IMG/VR virus record: IMGVR_UViG_3300005680_000091 | Reading direction: 5' to 3' (one strand) | Source of the DNA: an uncultured virus (IMG/VR IMGVR_UViG_3300005680_000091) | Taxonomy: Duplodnaviria > Heunggongvirae > Uroviricota > Caudoviricetes | Length of the DNA stretch: 64,000 nt | Part shown: positions 40,389 to 48,941 of the stretch, one piece after another | How positions within the stretch are numbered: position 1 is the first letter of the stretch | Layout: each line of letters opens with the position of its first letter | Notes under the pieces: generated by a model | The model's database searches: none | Seen by the model: the letters and a program-made list of their open reading frames with translations, nothing else | Told to the model about the DNA's origin: nothing | Program-made: the position numbers and the translations under genes

Positions 40389-41737
40389 AGGAACGCCTCG
40401 TCAGGGGAGGTCAACTCACCTTTGATGTGTGCTGAGATCCGAGATCCGATCCAACGCACCACCGGCACCGCCCATGAATTACCGAGCGCCTTGTAGCGCG
40501 GGCCGTCCGGGCACTGCTCCGCGATGGCATCTCGCACGTCGGCGGAGTGCTTGTCGGCTGGCCAGTAGCCGAGCTTCCACGGGATACGGGTGTAGTCGTC
40601 CGGGAACCCCTGCAAACGCTCGCACTCACGCGGCGTGAGTCGGCGGACCTGCATCGTGTGAGCGATCATCGGCACGCCTTGTCCGGGTTTGCCGCCTCCT
40701 GTGCTGATCGCGCCGCAGCGCGAGCCATCACCGCCCTCTAGCCGGACTTCGGCGCGGCTGTTCTCGGCGAACGCCACCGCCTGCGTCCCGCCATCCGTAT
40801 CGAGCGGCCCGGTGCGGTCGTACCAGTGGTCGGGGTCTTGGCGGGCGTTGAATCCGACGGGCCGCGCAGGCTGCACAAGGAACGTTTCCGTCTCGAAGTC
40901 CATCCGGCCGCTGGCGCTGGCGCATGCGTTGCGAGCTGTGGCCACGTCGATCGGGCCGGCGGTGTTGTTGCCTCCGTAGGCTACTGGAATGAGTTGGCCT
41001 GCGGCGCCTTCGTCGGCGCCGAAGCGCCATCCGCCGCCCGGCGAAGTGCCTCCAAGAGTGCCGACGGCAACGCCCGACCCCTCACCTCGGCGCGGCGCAG
41101 AATCCCGGCGCACGCCTTCCCACTCAAAAAGTACCGTTGCGGGATCGAACCCGTCTCGAGCACTTGCGACAACGAACACACGGCGGCGTCGTTGGGCCAG
41201 TCCGAAGTATTGGGCATCAAGAATCCGCCACGCGACTGCTCTTTGGGGTCCAAGCACATAACCTGCGTTCGGCCACCGCTTCCCTGTCGGGACCAGCGGT
41301 TCGTCTTCGCCGGCAAGGCCAGCAAGTAGGCAGCCGAAGGCGTTCGTTTTGTCGGAGAGGAGTCCCGGGACGTTCTCGTAGAGGACAACGACGGGAGGCT
41401 TTCCAGCTCGAGTTCGCACACCGTCTGCATGGTTGATCAGTTCCGCATAGGTCAGGGTGAGGTTGCCGCGATCGTCGTGAAGTCCGGCGCGCAGGCCGGC
41501 GACGGAGAAGGCCTGGCACGGCGGGCCGCCCACGACGGCATCGGCCTCGAGGAAAACCTCATCGGGCCACCAGGGGTAGTCGTTCATGTCGCCGAAGTTC
41601 GGCACGCCGGGGTAGTGATGGGCCAGCACCGCCGACGGGAAAGGCTCGATCTCGCTGAACGCGACCGCCGACCAACCCAGAGGGTGGAACGCGACGCTGG
41701 CGGCCTCGATGCCGCTGCACACGGAAATGAATTTCAC
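40385..41737 (-). CDS. DNA (cytosine-5) methyltransferase
   Basis: SVCSGIEA, GGPPCQAFS, YENVPG, QRRRRVF, RRLTPRECERLQGFPD; GTG start overlaps the upstream stop. Confidence 0.92.
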   Translation of the reverse strand: MKFISVCSGIEAASVAFHPLGWSAVAFSEIEPFPSAVLAHHYPGVPNFGDMNDYPWWPDEVFLEADAVVGGPPCQAFSVAGLRAGLHDDRGNLTLTYAELINHADGVRTRAGKPPVVVLYENVPGLLSDKTNAFGCLLAGLAGEDEPLVPTGKRWPNAGYVLGPQRAVAWRILDAQYFGLAQRRRRVFVVASARDGFDPATVLFEWEGVRRDSAPRRGEGSGVAVGTLGGTSPGGGWRFGADEGAAGQLIPVAYGGNNTAGPIDVATARNACASASGRMDFETETFLVQPARPVGFNARQDPDHWYDRTGPLDTDGGTQAVAFAENSRAEVRLEGGDGSRCGAISTGGGKPGQGVPMIAHTMQVRRLTPRECERLQGFPDDYTRIPWKLGYWPADKHSADVRDAIAEQCPDGPRYKALGNSWAVPVVRWIGSRISAHIKGELTSPDEAFL

Positions 41738-42078
41738 GCCCCCACCCCCAGCGTCGCCACAACCAACCCACCGAAGCCCTTCTTGGCCATCTCGCGCCGT
41801 AGCCGGTTCGCCCGCTGGCGCGCTGCGGAGTCCGGCCGCACCGCATCCTCGCGATCGGCCATCGACCAAGCCAGCACCGGGTAGGGCGGACCCTGCCGGT
41901 CGCGCGCCCATCGCGCCACATAGACGCCCTCGGCTTCGCGCGCCAGGGTGATGAAGGGGCGCGCGTTGCGGGTGGTCAGGCCCAGCAGCGTGGCGGCTGA
42001 GTGGAAGCTGTGCTGCTCGCCGCGGCGCAGGGCCGCCAGCAGGATCGTCAGGTTCGGGGATTCGGATCGGGGTCGCAT
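41734..42078 (-). CDS. HTH-like hypothetical protein (in frame with the RdgC read-through)
   Basis: MRPRSESPNL...VYVARWAR; own ATG at 42078. Confidence 0.5.
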   Translation of the reverse strand: MRPRSESPNLTILLAALRRGEQHSFHSAATLLGLTTRNARPFITLAREAEGVYVARWARDRQGPPYPVLAWSMADREDAVRPDSAARQRANRLRREMAKKGFGGLVVATLGVGA

Positions 42079-42258
42079 TGTCGTTGTCTCGTCGGTTCCA
42101 CACGGCTGCGCTCGGTCCCGGCAGCACACCGGCTGACGGGATCCCCGCACGGGATTTGAGGGTGCGGCCTCTCTATCCAAGCGCATGCGTGTGGATGCCC
42201 GGAACTTCTTCTGCGCCCCGGGCGGCGCACACGAAGGGGAGATGGGCTCCCCTTCTGA

Positions 42259-43200
42259 TCGGGCAAAAGCCGTCTCGGGTGCCTCCTGTTGCTCCGGCTC
42301 CTTGTAGTCGAGCAACTCGCACACGGCGCGCACGACACGATCGACAGCCGCGACCTGAATCGACGCCTCGTGCTGCCAGAGATCAAGAGCGTCGTCAAAA
42401 TCCCCAGCCTTCGCAGGCTCAACACCGGGGTCGATACCCTTGAGCTTGAAATCAGAGGTGAGGCGGAACGACATGTCGCCGCCGAGCAGCTCGATCTCCT
42501 CGATCAGGCCGCCGCCGCGCACTGCTTCCTGGATGCCGTCGTTTGCCTCGATCAGATCGGCCGACAGGTCAAAGCTGAAGCGGCGGCCGTCCGACGAGCG
42601 GAGCTTGCACTTGCTGCCGACTTCGAAGTCGCCGAAAGGCTGGTCTTCGTAGTCATGCGCCAGGTAGCTCGACAGGCGCGTGGTCAGGCTGGCCTTGGCT
42701 TCTGACACGTAGATCGTGGTGGCCTTGAGCGAGCCCATCACTTTGACCAGCTCGCCGGTGATGGTGTCGGCCAGCTTTTTCGAGGTGGTCGGCACGATCA
42801 GCAGGTTGCTGGTCGGCACGAAATAGCACTGCACGACCTTGGTGCGGGTCAGCGCGCGGGTCAGGAGGTCGTGGAACGTGTACTCCCGGATCTCCTGGCG
42901 GCGCTTCTTGCCCAGCCGAAAGCCGCACTCCTCTTCTTCGGCGGTGATGCGTTTCTTGGCCTCGGCCGATGTGACACTGGCCGGCACGATCTTCTCGTCG
43001 TAGCGAACGGCGAAGGCATAGCCACCTTCGAACGACACCGCAAGGGCTCCTGTGACTTCGACAGGTGGCACGAAGCCTGCGCCGGCGAAATCGGTGGCAC
43101 CCAGCTCGACGAAGGGCTTGGCCGACAAGTGCTCCTCGAGGGCGTTGATGCTCTGAGGCAGATGCGCCTGATAGACGGACGCGGATTTGATCAGTTTCAC
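42259..43200 (-). CDS. rdgC: Recombination-associated protein RdgC (ORF formally continues to 41734)
   Basis: GFVPPV, RYDEKIVPASV, DLLTRALTR, MSFRLTSDFKLKGI. Confidence 0.85.
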
Positions 43201-43213
43201 AGTGCTGTGCTCC

Positions 43214-43525
43214 TCAGATTCTCAGCGCGTCACGCTGCACTTCGTCCAGATCCTTGATCCAGGCCGGGGGCTTGCCTTTACCGGTCCAGGTCTTGCCAGT
43301 GGCCGGATCCTTGTACTTCGGCGGCAGGGCCTTGCGGACCTTGCCAAACAACTCGGCCGACGAGATGTTGAACTCTACGATGTAGCGCTTCACGTTCTCG
43401 ATCGTCTCGGCGCGCAGCCCAGCGATTTCCTCCTCGAGTTGGGAGCGGGCGGCCAGCAGCTCGGCGAGGGTCAGCGGCGCCTCGTCGGGGCGAGTCGGGG
43501 GCACTTCGTGGATCATGTCGTCCAT
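43214..43525 (-). CDS. H-NS family DNA-binding protein
   Basis: PPKYKDPATGKTWTGKGKPPAWI C-terminal H-NS motif. Confidence 0.9.
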   Translation of the reverse strand: MDDMIHEVPPTRPDEAPLTLAELLAARSQLEEEIAGLRAETIENVKRYIVEFNISSAELFGKVRKALPPKYKDPATGKTWTGKGKPPAWIKDLDEVQRDALRI

Positions 43526-43572
43526 GGGTGTTTTCCTTGAAAGAAGGGGAGGCGGACTCCCCTTCTGGTCAA

Positions 43573-44223
43573 TTAGTTGAACGCGCCGGCCAGCTCTTCG
43601 TCGTCCTCGAAGAGGTTGGCGTCGAAGCCACCGGACGCCAGCGCCTCGCCTTCCTCGACGAGCTGGATACCGGAGAACGAGAACGCGACGCCCTTGTTCT
43701 GCGGCTGATCGAAGCCGTAGCAGCGCATCTGCACGCGCACCCAGTCGCCCGCCTTGATGTCGGACTCGGTCAGCACCTTCCAGCCGCCGGCGAACTCGTC
43801 CTTCTCGTTGCCGAGCACCTGGGGCTTTTGCTTGCTGGAGAGGTTGATCCAGTAGCAGCCGACCAGCTCAGGCTTGCGGCCCTTGGCGGGGTCCAGCGGG
43901 TCGAGCAGCGCGGCCTCGTCGGTGTCGCCGTCGCGCAGACCCTTGGCCCACTTCGGCGGAACCTTGCCCTGGCCGAACTTCTCGAGGGCGGCGGCTTGCA
44001 TCGCCTTCTTCAGCGTCTCGACCGTCTCGACTTCGGTCTTGGGGATGATCAGGGCGGTGCTGTATTGGGTCACCGGCTGGCCGCTGGTGCTGTCGACGAC
44101 GACGTTGCCTTTCTCGTCTTTCTTCGGCTGCGGCTTGAACAGGTGGGGGTAGGAGAGACGCACCTTGCCGGTGCGGAACTCGACGGCGGATTTCACTTTC
44201 ACACTCAGATCTTTGATGGCCAT
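43573..44223 (-). CDS. ssDNA-binding protein (DUF2815)
   Basis: VRLSYPHLFKP, LRDGD, NKGVAF, acidic tail. Confidence 0.85.
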   Translation of the reverse strand: MAIKDLSVKVKSAVEFRTGKVRLSYPHLFKPQPKKDEKGNVVVDSTSGQPVTQYSTALIIPKTEVETVETLKKAMQAAALEKFGQGKVPPKWAKGLRDGDTDEAALLDPLDPAKGRKPELVGCYWINLSSKQKPQVLGNEKDEFAGGWKVLTESDIKAGDWVRVQMRCYGFDQPQNKGVAFSFSGIQLVEEGEALASGGFDANLFEDDEELAGAFN

Positions 44224-44237
44224 GATGGCTCCTGCTG

Positions 44238-45386
44238 TCAGTCGTCAAATGCGGCCAGCGTAGCTTCGGCGCTGTGCCATTCAGCCCGGGGGTCCGACTC
44301 GGGCACGAGGGTGGGCTTGCCCTCGGCCTTCTGGGCGAGCTCGAAGACGCGATGCTTCTTGCCCACCAGCTTCTCAGCATCGGTGATGCCGAGCAGTTTC
44401 TTGGTCCAGATGTCGTCGTCGTTGAAGCCGTCCTGCTTCAGCACCTCGGCGACGCGCGCCTCATCCGTCCACCTGCGATTCGAGCGGCCGGCGACCAGCT
44501 TGTAGCCGGGGATCTTGCCGCCGTGGTCCCGCGCCTGGACGTAGGCGAAGTCTTGGATGTTCTTCGCCCAGTTGATGATCCGGTCGAGCTTCGGCAGTAG
44601 TGCAGCGATCTGCTCGAAGCTCAACAGGCCCGGGATCGCGTCGTGCTCTTCGAAGGTCGAGACCGCCTCGCGCGCCCGCTCCGGACAGGTCGCCCTCACC
44701 TTGCAGAACGTGCAGTGGTCGCCCGCGCGGAGAGTTGCGCTCCCCTTGTAGGCGTCGTGCGCGATCGGCTTGATGTCCTCGAGCCAGACAAGCAGCTCTT
44801 CGGCGCTGATTTCCCACCGGTCGAAGTGCGCGATCCGGGGCTGCACGATGCAAAGCTCGATCGACTGGATCTCGACGATGCAGTCCAGCAGATCCAGCAC
44901 GCCGGCGCCGTAGAGCTTCAGCTGCGGGTTGTCCGCAGCGAAGACCTTGATGCCCTGGCCGCCCTTCAGATCGACCATGTAGGCCTTCTTCGCGCGGGGG
45001 AACACCAGCACCAGGTCGGCCGTGCCGAAGCCACCCGGCACCCAGCGGCTGAAGTCGAGGCGCTCCTCGATCCAGATCAGCGGCTCCTCGTCGTGCTCGG
45101 CGAGGATGCCCTCTGCGAAGTTGCGGTAGGCGGCGACTGCGGCGTACATCTCGGCGTCGTACTTGTCCGACTCGAGGACGACCTTCTCCCCGAGGAGTCG
45201 GTTGCGCAGCGCGAGCTCGCCCAGCTCGTGGCAGGTGGTGCCCCACTCGGCGTAGCTGCTCGACGTGTCGGGCATGTCGCGCGTCAAGGCCACCGAGCCG
45301 GGGCAGTTGAGCCACCGGTCGGCACCCGACGCGGACAAGACCGCATGTGCGCGCTCGCCGTGATCAGGCGTGGCGTGCTCGGTCAT
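44238..45386 (-). CDS. DUF2800 Cas4-like PD-(D/E)xK exonuclease
   Basis: HAVLSASGADRWLNCPGS, GFGTAD, DLKGG, NPQLKLY, HCTFC...C. Confidence 0.88.
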   Translation of the reverse strand: MTEHATPDHGERAHAVLSASGADRWLNCPGSVALTRDMPDTSSSYAEWGTTCHELGELALRNRLLGEKVVLESDKYDAEMYAAVAAYRNFAEGILAEHDEEPLIWIEERLDFSRWVPGGFGTADLVLVFPRAKKAYMVDLKGGQGIKVFAADNPQLKLYGAGVLDLLDCIVEIQSIELCIVQPRIAHFDRWEISAEELLVWLEDIKPIAHDAYKGSATLRAGDHCTFCKVRATCPERAREAVSTFEEHDAIPGLLSFEQIAALLPKLDRIINWAKNIQDFAYVQARDHGGKIPGYKLVAGRSNRRWTDEARVAEVLKQDGFNDDDIWTKKLLGITDAEKLVGKKHRVFELAQKAEGKPTLVPESDPRAEWHSAEATLAAFDD

Positions 45387-45913
45387 CAGCCGAACTCCGC
45401 ATCCGTGGTGGCGCCGGCCTCGAGGGCATCGAGGGCAGCCCAGAATGCGACGCGCTGGGCATCGTCCATACCTGAGATGTTGCCGGCTGCCGGGTTGATC
45501 TTCTTGATCAGGCCGGTCACGGCTTCCTTGCCGAACTTCTGTGCCAGCTTCGGGGCACGCAGCTGCAGTTGCTCGACGGTCGGCGCGTTGGCGGCAGGGG
45601 CAGGGGCTGCAGGCACCGGTTCCGGCTGTGCCGCAACCACAGCCTCCTTGGTTTTCACCTCTTCCGTCGGCACGGGGGCGGCGACCGCTTCAGCCTTCGG
45701 CTCCTCCGCGTTCTTGCGGGGGCGGCCACGGCCGCGGGTCGCAGCCTTTTCGACGGCCGCCTCGGCAACTTCCGCCGCGGCGGTCTCAGCCTCTTCAGCC
45801 GCGGCGGCCCGGGCCAATGCAGCGGACTCCAACAGGAGATTGCGACCGGCTTGCAGATCGACCAGGCGCTCGAGCGAGTCGGCGATGCGTTCCAGGGTGT
45901 TTTCGATGCTCAT
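45386..45913 (-). CDS. Hypothetical protein with AT-hook-like motif
   Basis: MSIENTLERIA...GRGRPRK; GAGG RBS. Confidence 0.6.
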   Translation of the reverse strand: MSIENTLERIADSLERLVDLQAGRNLLLESAALARAAAAEEAETAAAEVAEAAVEKAATRGRGRPRKNAEEPKAEAVAAPVPTEEVKTKEAVVAAQPEPVPAAPAPAANAPTVEQLQLRAPKLAQKFGKEAVTGLIKKINPAAGNISGMDDAQRVAFWAALDALEAGATTDAEFG

Positions 45914-46158
45914 GGGTTCCTCGAGTGGGAGACGCGCTCCCTTTGTGGTTGAAGTCAGATCCGTCCGGCAGCCTTGGCGGCCAGCTGGATGGAGACCAGA
46001 ACGTGGGGGCGGTTGCTCTGATGCCACAGGTGGGCACTCGAGTCGTAGCGCGGGTGAAGAACCCACGCCTCGCCAAGATACGCCTTGGCGGCAGCGAGCT
46101 TTGCTTCCATGTCGATTGGCTCCGATGTCGAAATATCACAGGGAGAAGGACTCCCCTA

Positions 46159-46247
46159 TCGGACCAGTGCAGAGCGCTCAACGACGAGGCAATCAGGGAG
46201 AGGAGACAGGGCAACCAACCTCGCCGGAGCGCTCTGCACTGGTCCGA
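46159..46247. repeat. Perfect 21-bp inverted repeat (long stem-loop, possible sRNA)
   Basis: TCGGACCAGTGCAGAGCGCTC at 46159-46179 and its reverse complement at 46227-46247. Confidence 0.85.
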
Positions 46248-46380
46248 CGGATGTGAGTCTGCCTCACTCGCGGGGCTAGCGCAAGGCCCTGCGCCGAAAA
46301 TTTTTACAGCACCAGTGCGGGTGCCCCCTTGTTAATCGCCGAAACTGTGCAAGAACAAAAAGCGCTCGGCAACGGGAGTC

Positions 46381-46409
46381 TTGCTCCCAGGTGCTGCGCC
46401 CGGTACGAT
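46381..46409 (+). promoter_or_regulatory. Sigma70-like promoter for cro
   Basis: TTGCTC-17 nt-TACGAT, overlapped and flanked by palindromes. Confidence 0.6.
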
Positions 46410-46437
46410 GTGAGTTCTACTCACCCTCTCCTCTACC

Positions 46438-46716
46438 ATGAAACCCTCTGAACTCCGCAACCTCATCCGCGCACTCGGCGGAGCCAAGGTGGTCGCCCGC
46501 GCTTGTGATGTCACGAGCCAGGCGGTGAGCCACTGGAAGTGCGTGCCGCCTGAGCATGTCGTCCGCATCGAAGAGATGGCGCGTCTGAAGCGTGTCCTGC
46601 GCTCCGACGGCACCCCCTACTCAGTCGCCGTGCTCCGCCCCGACATGGTTCGCGGCTTCGACCGGATCGAACCGGCCTCCCGCACCGCTGCTGCAACTCT
46701 GGTGGAAGCGGACTGA
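46438..46716 (+). CDS. Cro/YdaS-like HTH regulator
   Basis: LGGAKVVARACDVTSQAVSHWKCVPPEH...LRPD. Confidence 0.8.
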   Translation: MKPSELRNLIRALGGAKVVARACDVTSQAVSHWKCVPPEHVVRIEEMARLKRVLRSDGTPYSVAVLRPDMVRGFDRIEPASRTAAATLVEAD

Positions 46717-46764
46717 TGGCACCTGAAAACGATTTGCGCAGAGTTTTGAAGGCGGTGCTCTGAA

Positions 46765-46998
46765 ATGGACGAACGCTACCTCGAGCAGGCTGAGCGCCTG
46801 ACCTCCGCGCTGGCCGAAGAAGAGCAGGACCGCATTCGACGCGAGCTTGCCCAGCCCGCGATCCCGCCCGACTGGGACGGCACCTGCCCGGATTGTGGCG
46901 CCGAGGTGCCCAAGGCGCGCGTCGTGGCCTCCGGTTCGATGCTCTGCGTGGATTGCAAGACCGAACAGGAATACCGGAGCCGTTTCACTCGAAGGTGA
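46765..46998 (+). CDS. TraR/DksA C4 zinc-finger protein
   Basis: CPDCGAEVPKAR...LCVDCKTEQE. Confidence 0.8.
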   Translation: MDERYLEQAERLTSALAEEEQDRIRRELAQPAIPPDWDGTCPDCGAEVPKARVVASGSMLCVDCKTEQEYRSRFTRR

Positions 46999-47079
46999 GT
47001 AGGGCGCCCCTCTGCCGCCGGGTGCTTCCTGCGCTTCGGCCTCGCGGCTTCAACGTGAAAGCGCTGCACGGAGAAAACC

Positions 47080-48291
47080 ATGAAGCTCACTGACGAGCAG
47101 GAACGCGCGCTGATCCAGATCCAGGAGCTGCGCGAGGACGGGGCCAAGGAGATCCGGTTCGCCGGTCCGGCCGGCACCGGCAAGACGACGTTGATCCGCC
47201 AGCTGCTGGCGGATCTGCCCGGGGCCGACATCGAGGTGGTGACCCCGACGAACAAGGCGGCCAAGGTGCTGCGCTCGAAGGGGGTGCCGGCATCGACACT
47301 CTACTCGGTCTTCTTCACGCCTGAGGACGAGGCCGAGGGTCGCAAGTCGAGTGGCGGCCGGGTTCGCTTCCTGCCCAACTACCAGCTGTCGAACTTCAGC
47401 GAGGGCAAGCGCGACTTCGCCGACACGATCGTGCTCGATGAGGCTTCGATGCTCCAGACCTGGCTGCTGCAGCACCTGCGCCGGATGTGCAACACCCTCA
47501 TCCTGGTGGGTGATCCGCACCAGCTGCCGCCGGTGAACGACCAGATCAACCCGGACGGCTACTTCGTGACGGCCCGGCCGCACGTCGAGCTCACCACCGT
47601 GATGCGGCAAGGGGAGGGCTCGCCCATCCTCGATCTGGCCACCCACATCCGCAACGGGCGCTTCCCGGACGCACTCGTGCGCAACTTGGCACCGCGCGAC
47701 CAGTTCCACCAGTGGCTCGCCGCCGACAAGAAGATCATCGCCTTCACCAACGCGCACCGTCGGCAGATCAACCTGATCGCGCGGCGCGTGCTGGGCTTCG
47801 AGGGTGTGCTCCCGAAGCCGGGCGATCGGCTGGTGTGCAACGACAACCACGACAGCGCGATCCTCAACGGCACCGAGGTCGAGGTGATCCAGTTCGCCTG
47901 GAAGATGCCGGATCTGCTGGGCAAGCTGGTGTGCTCGGACGAAGAGGGCCGGACGCACACGCTCGACCTCAACATGGGCAAGTTCCTGTCCGACCTGCCG
48001 GAGGAGTCCTATCCGGTCGCCAAGATGGAACACATCGTCAAGGCCGGCAAGGTGCTGGATCAGGGCCTGTCGTTCTCCTACGGCTACTGCATCACCGCCC
48101 ACAAGGCGCAGGGCAGCGAGTGGGACGACTGCTGTGTGGTCGATGAGCGCTTCGTGCTGGGCAAGGTGGATCCGTCGGGCAACACCGCGCGCCGCTGGAT
48201 CTACACCGCCATCACCCGGGCGGCGAAGCGCCTGACCTTCGCCGATTACCGCTGGATCAAGAACGCGCAAGACGTGCGGAGGGCAGCATGA
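47080..48291 (+). CDS. Dda/RecD-like SF1B helicase
   Basis: GPAGTGKT, LDEASM, GDPHQLPPV, YCITAHKAQGSEW, YTAITRA. Confidence 0.9.
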   Translation: MKLTDEQERALIQIQELREDGAKEIRFAGPAGTGKTTLIRQLLADLPGADIEVVTPTNKAAKVLRSKGVPASTLYSVFFTPEDEAEGRKSSGGRVRFLPNYQLSNFSEGKRDFADTIVLDEASMLQTWLLQHLRRMCNTLILVGDPHQLPPVNDQINPDGYFVTARPHVELTTVMRQGEGSPILDLATHIRNGRFPDALVRNLAPRDQFHQWLAADKKIIAFTNAHRRQINLIARRVLGFEGVLPKPGDRLVCNDNHDSAILNGTEVEVIQFAWKMPDLLGKLVCSDEEGRTHTLDLNMGKFLSDLPEESYPVAKMEHIVKAGKVLDQGLSFSYGYCITAHKAQGSEWDDCCVVDERFVLGKVDPSGNTARRWIYTAITRAAKRLTFADYRWIKNAQDVRRAA

Positions 48292-48941
48292 TCAAACCGA
48301 TCGAGACGCAATACAAAGGCTACCGGTTCCGCAGCCGCCTCGAGGCGCGCTGGGCGGTGTTCTTCGACACGCTAGGCGTCAAGTGGGAGTACGAGCCAGA
48401 GGGGTTCGACTTGGGCGAGGCAGGATGGTATCTGCCGGACTTCCGGGTGACCAGCCCGCAGGGGATGGTCACCTGGTACGAAGTGAAGCCGCAGGGAGTG
48501 ACGTCTGACATGAAGTTCTCGGCGTTCAAGTGTGCAATCGATGCGCGAGCCGACACGACACAGGCGGCTCTACTCAGCGGAGACCCGACAGATGTACTGG
48601 GCGAAGAGCCTGAGACTCACGCGTGTCCCCGGTGCGGTAGTTTGGCTAGGTTGGGAAGTATTAGCTCCTTGCTATCGTTTGTGAGAGGCGACGGGGAAGA
48701 CTCGGACGGTATGCCCCGCTGTGGCCCCCTTGAGGAGGTAGGCATCGCCTATGGGTGTTGGGCTTGTGACGTCAATACCCCCGTCGGAGGAGGCCACCCG
48801 CTTGAGATGGGTTTGGCGGGGCCGGTGCAACCCAACAAAGGTCTGGTGGAATTTTTCGACGTAGCTGGTTGGCGCAGCATGCTCCGTCAATCTGCGAATG
48901 CTGCTCGAGCTGTCCGCTTCGGTAAGGGAGGTCGTGGATGA
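48288..48941 (+). CDS. PD-(D/E)xK nuclease-like phage protein
   Basis: YKGYRFRSRLEARWAVFFD...YLPDF...YEVK. Confidence 0.7.
   Translation: MIKPIETQYKGYRFRSRLEARWAVFFDTLGVKWEYEPEGFDLGEAGWYLPDFRVTSPQGMVTWYEVKPQGVTSDMKFSAFKCAIDARADTTQAALLSGDPTDVLGEEPETHACPRCGSLARLGSISSLLSFVRGDGEDSDGMPRCGPLEEVGIAYGCWACDVNTPVGGGHPLEMGLAGPVQPNKGLVEFFDVAGWRSMLRQSANAARAVRFGKGGRG

Larger units (their letters stand above)
45927..46424. promoter_or_regulatory. Divergent control region with five G(G/T)GAG-N5-CTC(C/A)C operator-like palindromes
   Basis: Copies at 45927, 46141, 46253, 46374 and 46410. Confidence 0.75.

Noticed and set aside
41738..42127. N-terminal extension of the methyltransferase (580-aa ORF)
   Set aside because: Motif I begins at GTG 41737; the extension overlaps another gene
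44238..45386. Cas4-like nuclease as part of a CRISPR/RAMP system
   Set aside because: DUF2800 beside DUF2815 SSB and near PolA is a standard phage replication module, 12 kb from the RAMP
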